From: an uncultured Chloroflexia bacterium
GTDB lineage: Bacteria > Chloroflexota > Anaerolineae > B4-G1 > SLSP01
Reading direction: 5' to 3'
Assembly: GCA_963751345.1 (NCBI GenBank)
Contig: CAVVUS010000014.1
Location: 96,001 to 160,000 of the forward strand
DNA length: 64,000 nucleotides
Under the pieces are notes generated by a model. The model was given only the letters and a program-made list of their open reading frames with translations. It did not search any database and was not told the origin of the DNA. Below, piece by piece: positions 62,951-64,000 of the stretch (the first letter of the stretch is position 1; the number at the start of each line of letters is the position of its first letter). The position numbers and the translations under genes were made by a program.

Positions 62951-63568
62951 TTATGCTCTCGCACGTCGCATACGGCGACGGCGTTCCTCGAGCCGTTTGA
63001 GCACCCAGACTCCTACCACAGCCGCGGCCATCAGGTCGAAGACAACGCGAAGGCCCAAGTGTTGAAGGTTCAGGCCGAGAAACTGGGAGTGTATGGTGCC
63101 CAGGACAAATACCACGTAGTTAAGCCAATGAATCGCCTTCCAGTTCTTGCCGATGCTGGTCCGAAAGAGAGCGGTCAGTGACGTGATGGCGATCAACCAG
63201 AAGGCCGCACGGCCGCCGAGGCTGAAGAACGCATAGAAGGAGCTGAACTGCGGCAAGAAAACTGCAGGGGTGCCACTGCGCCAGGCCACACTGGTCGCGT
63301 GCGTGGCCAGCGCCACAAGCGCTGTGACCGTCACAACGTGATGGACTTTCGGGAAAGGCCGTCCGAAGAATCGGGTCAGCTCGCGCATATAGTTCGACGA
63401 GAGCACCGACAAGAATACACTCAGATAGCCCAGAAGCGCTGCGACCCGAACTAGCCGTCAATCGGGCAGACAAGGCGGTCGAGTGATACGACGGCCCGCG
63501 ACCAGCCCCAGGGCCGCGACGCCACTTACAAGAAGGAGCCACGTGTTTTTCGGTTTCCGACCCGGCAT
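62951..63568 (-). CDS. Ferric reductase/MsrQ-like heme-binding membrane protein; several indels in the 5' part
   Basis: KVHH, ATH, WKAIHWLNY, TIH conserved histidines; N-terminus recoverable only with frame corrections. Confidence 0.7.
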
Positions 63569-63599
63569 CTTTCCCTCCAATTTCGATTTGAGAGTGGGC

Positions 63600-64000
63600 T
63601 TACCTGCCCGCACCCTTCTTCTTGCCCTGAGCGCCCTGTAGTTGCTTCTGCCAGGTGTAGAGCATCGTCAGCGCATCTAGTGGGGTCAGGCTGTTCACGT
63701 CAAGCCGGCGCAGTTCGTCCACGATAGGGTGCTCCTGCGCGATGAGCACCGGTTGGAAAGCCTCGACCTCTTGTCGGGCCACGCCGGGGCGGAAATCCCC
63801 GCTTTCCAACTCCTCCAGCAGACTCTCCGCACGATGGACCACGGGCGCAGGGATACCCGCCAATCGCGCCACGTGAATGCCGTACGAGCGATCCGCCCCC
63901 CCTGTGACCACTTTGTGCAGGAAGATCACGTCGTGGCCGTCCTCCACAACATCCAGGCTGAAGTTTCGGACGTGAGGGAGATGCTCCTCCATCTCCAGCA
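63600..64000 (-). CDS. mutS: DNA mismatch repair protein MutS, C-terminal part (starts beyond the window)
   Basis: [38 protein letters not shown]. Confidence 0.95.
   Translation of the reverse strand, partial: LEMEEHLPHVRNFSLDVVEDGHDVIFLHKVVTGGADRSYGIHVARLAGIPAPVVHRAESLLEELESGDFRPGVARQEVEAFQPVLIAQEHPIVDELRRLDVNSLTPLDALTMLYTWQKQLQGAQGKKKGAGR

Overview
GC-rich bacterial chromosomal window, most likely Chloroflexota (Anaerolineae-like). This is inferred from the T-box, the glmS ribozyme, c-di-AMP receptor genes, an AGAAC-N4-GTTCT SOS box, TrmI and GAF-rich kinases. Many genes carry single-base indels, mostly in homopolymers, which looks like long-read assembly error. Content in order: an ECF sigma factor coupled to a strongly streamlined RNA polymerase beta (RpoB) paralogue that runs off the left edge; sulfatase, GH92 and sugar-acid catabolic genes; a three-gene phosphorelay; a probable GH149 glucan phosphorylase; a WD40 / SBP / SBP-vWA / coiled-coil / orphan LivK cluster; a Trp T-box-controlled trpEGDCFBA operon; a MazEF-type TA pair; prs, meaB, a B12-binding domain and two tandem DarA/PstA-like genes; trmI; a PLP enzyme with RidA; an unannotated LexA-boxed 54-aa membrane peptide; glmS with its ribozyme; a sugar ABC transporter; guaA and xpt; methyltransferases, a CDF transporter and the 3' end of mutS. 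The strongest novelty candidates are the ECF-sigma / mini-RpoB operon (1-1405) and the SOS-boxed small membrane ORF (46224-46466). No rRNA, tRNA, CRISPR array or transposase was seen.
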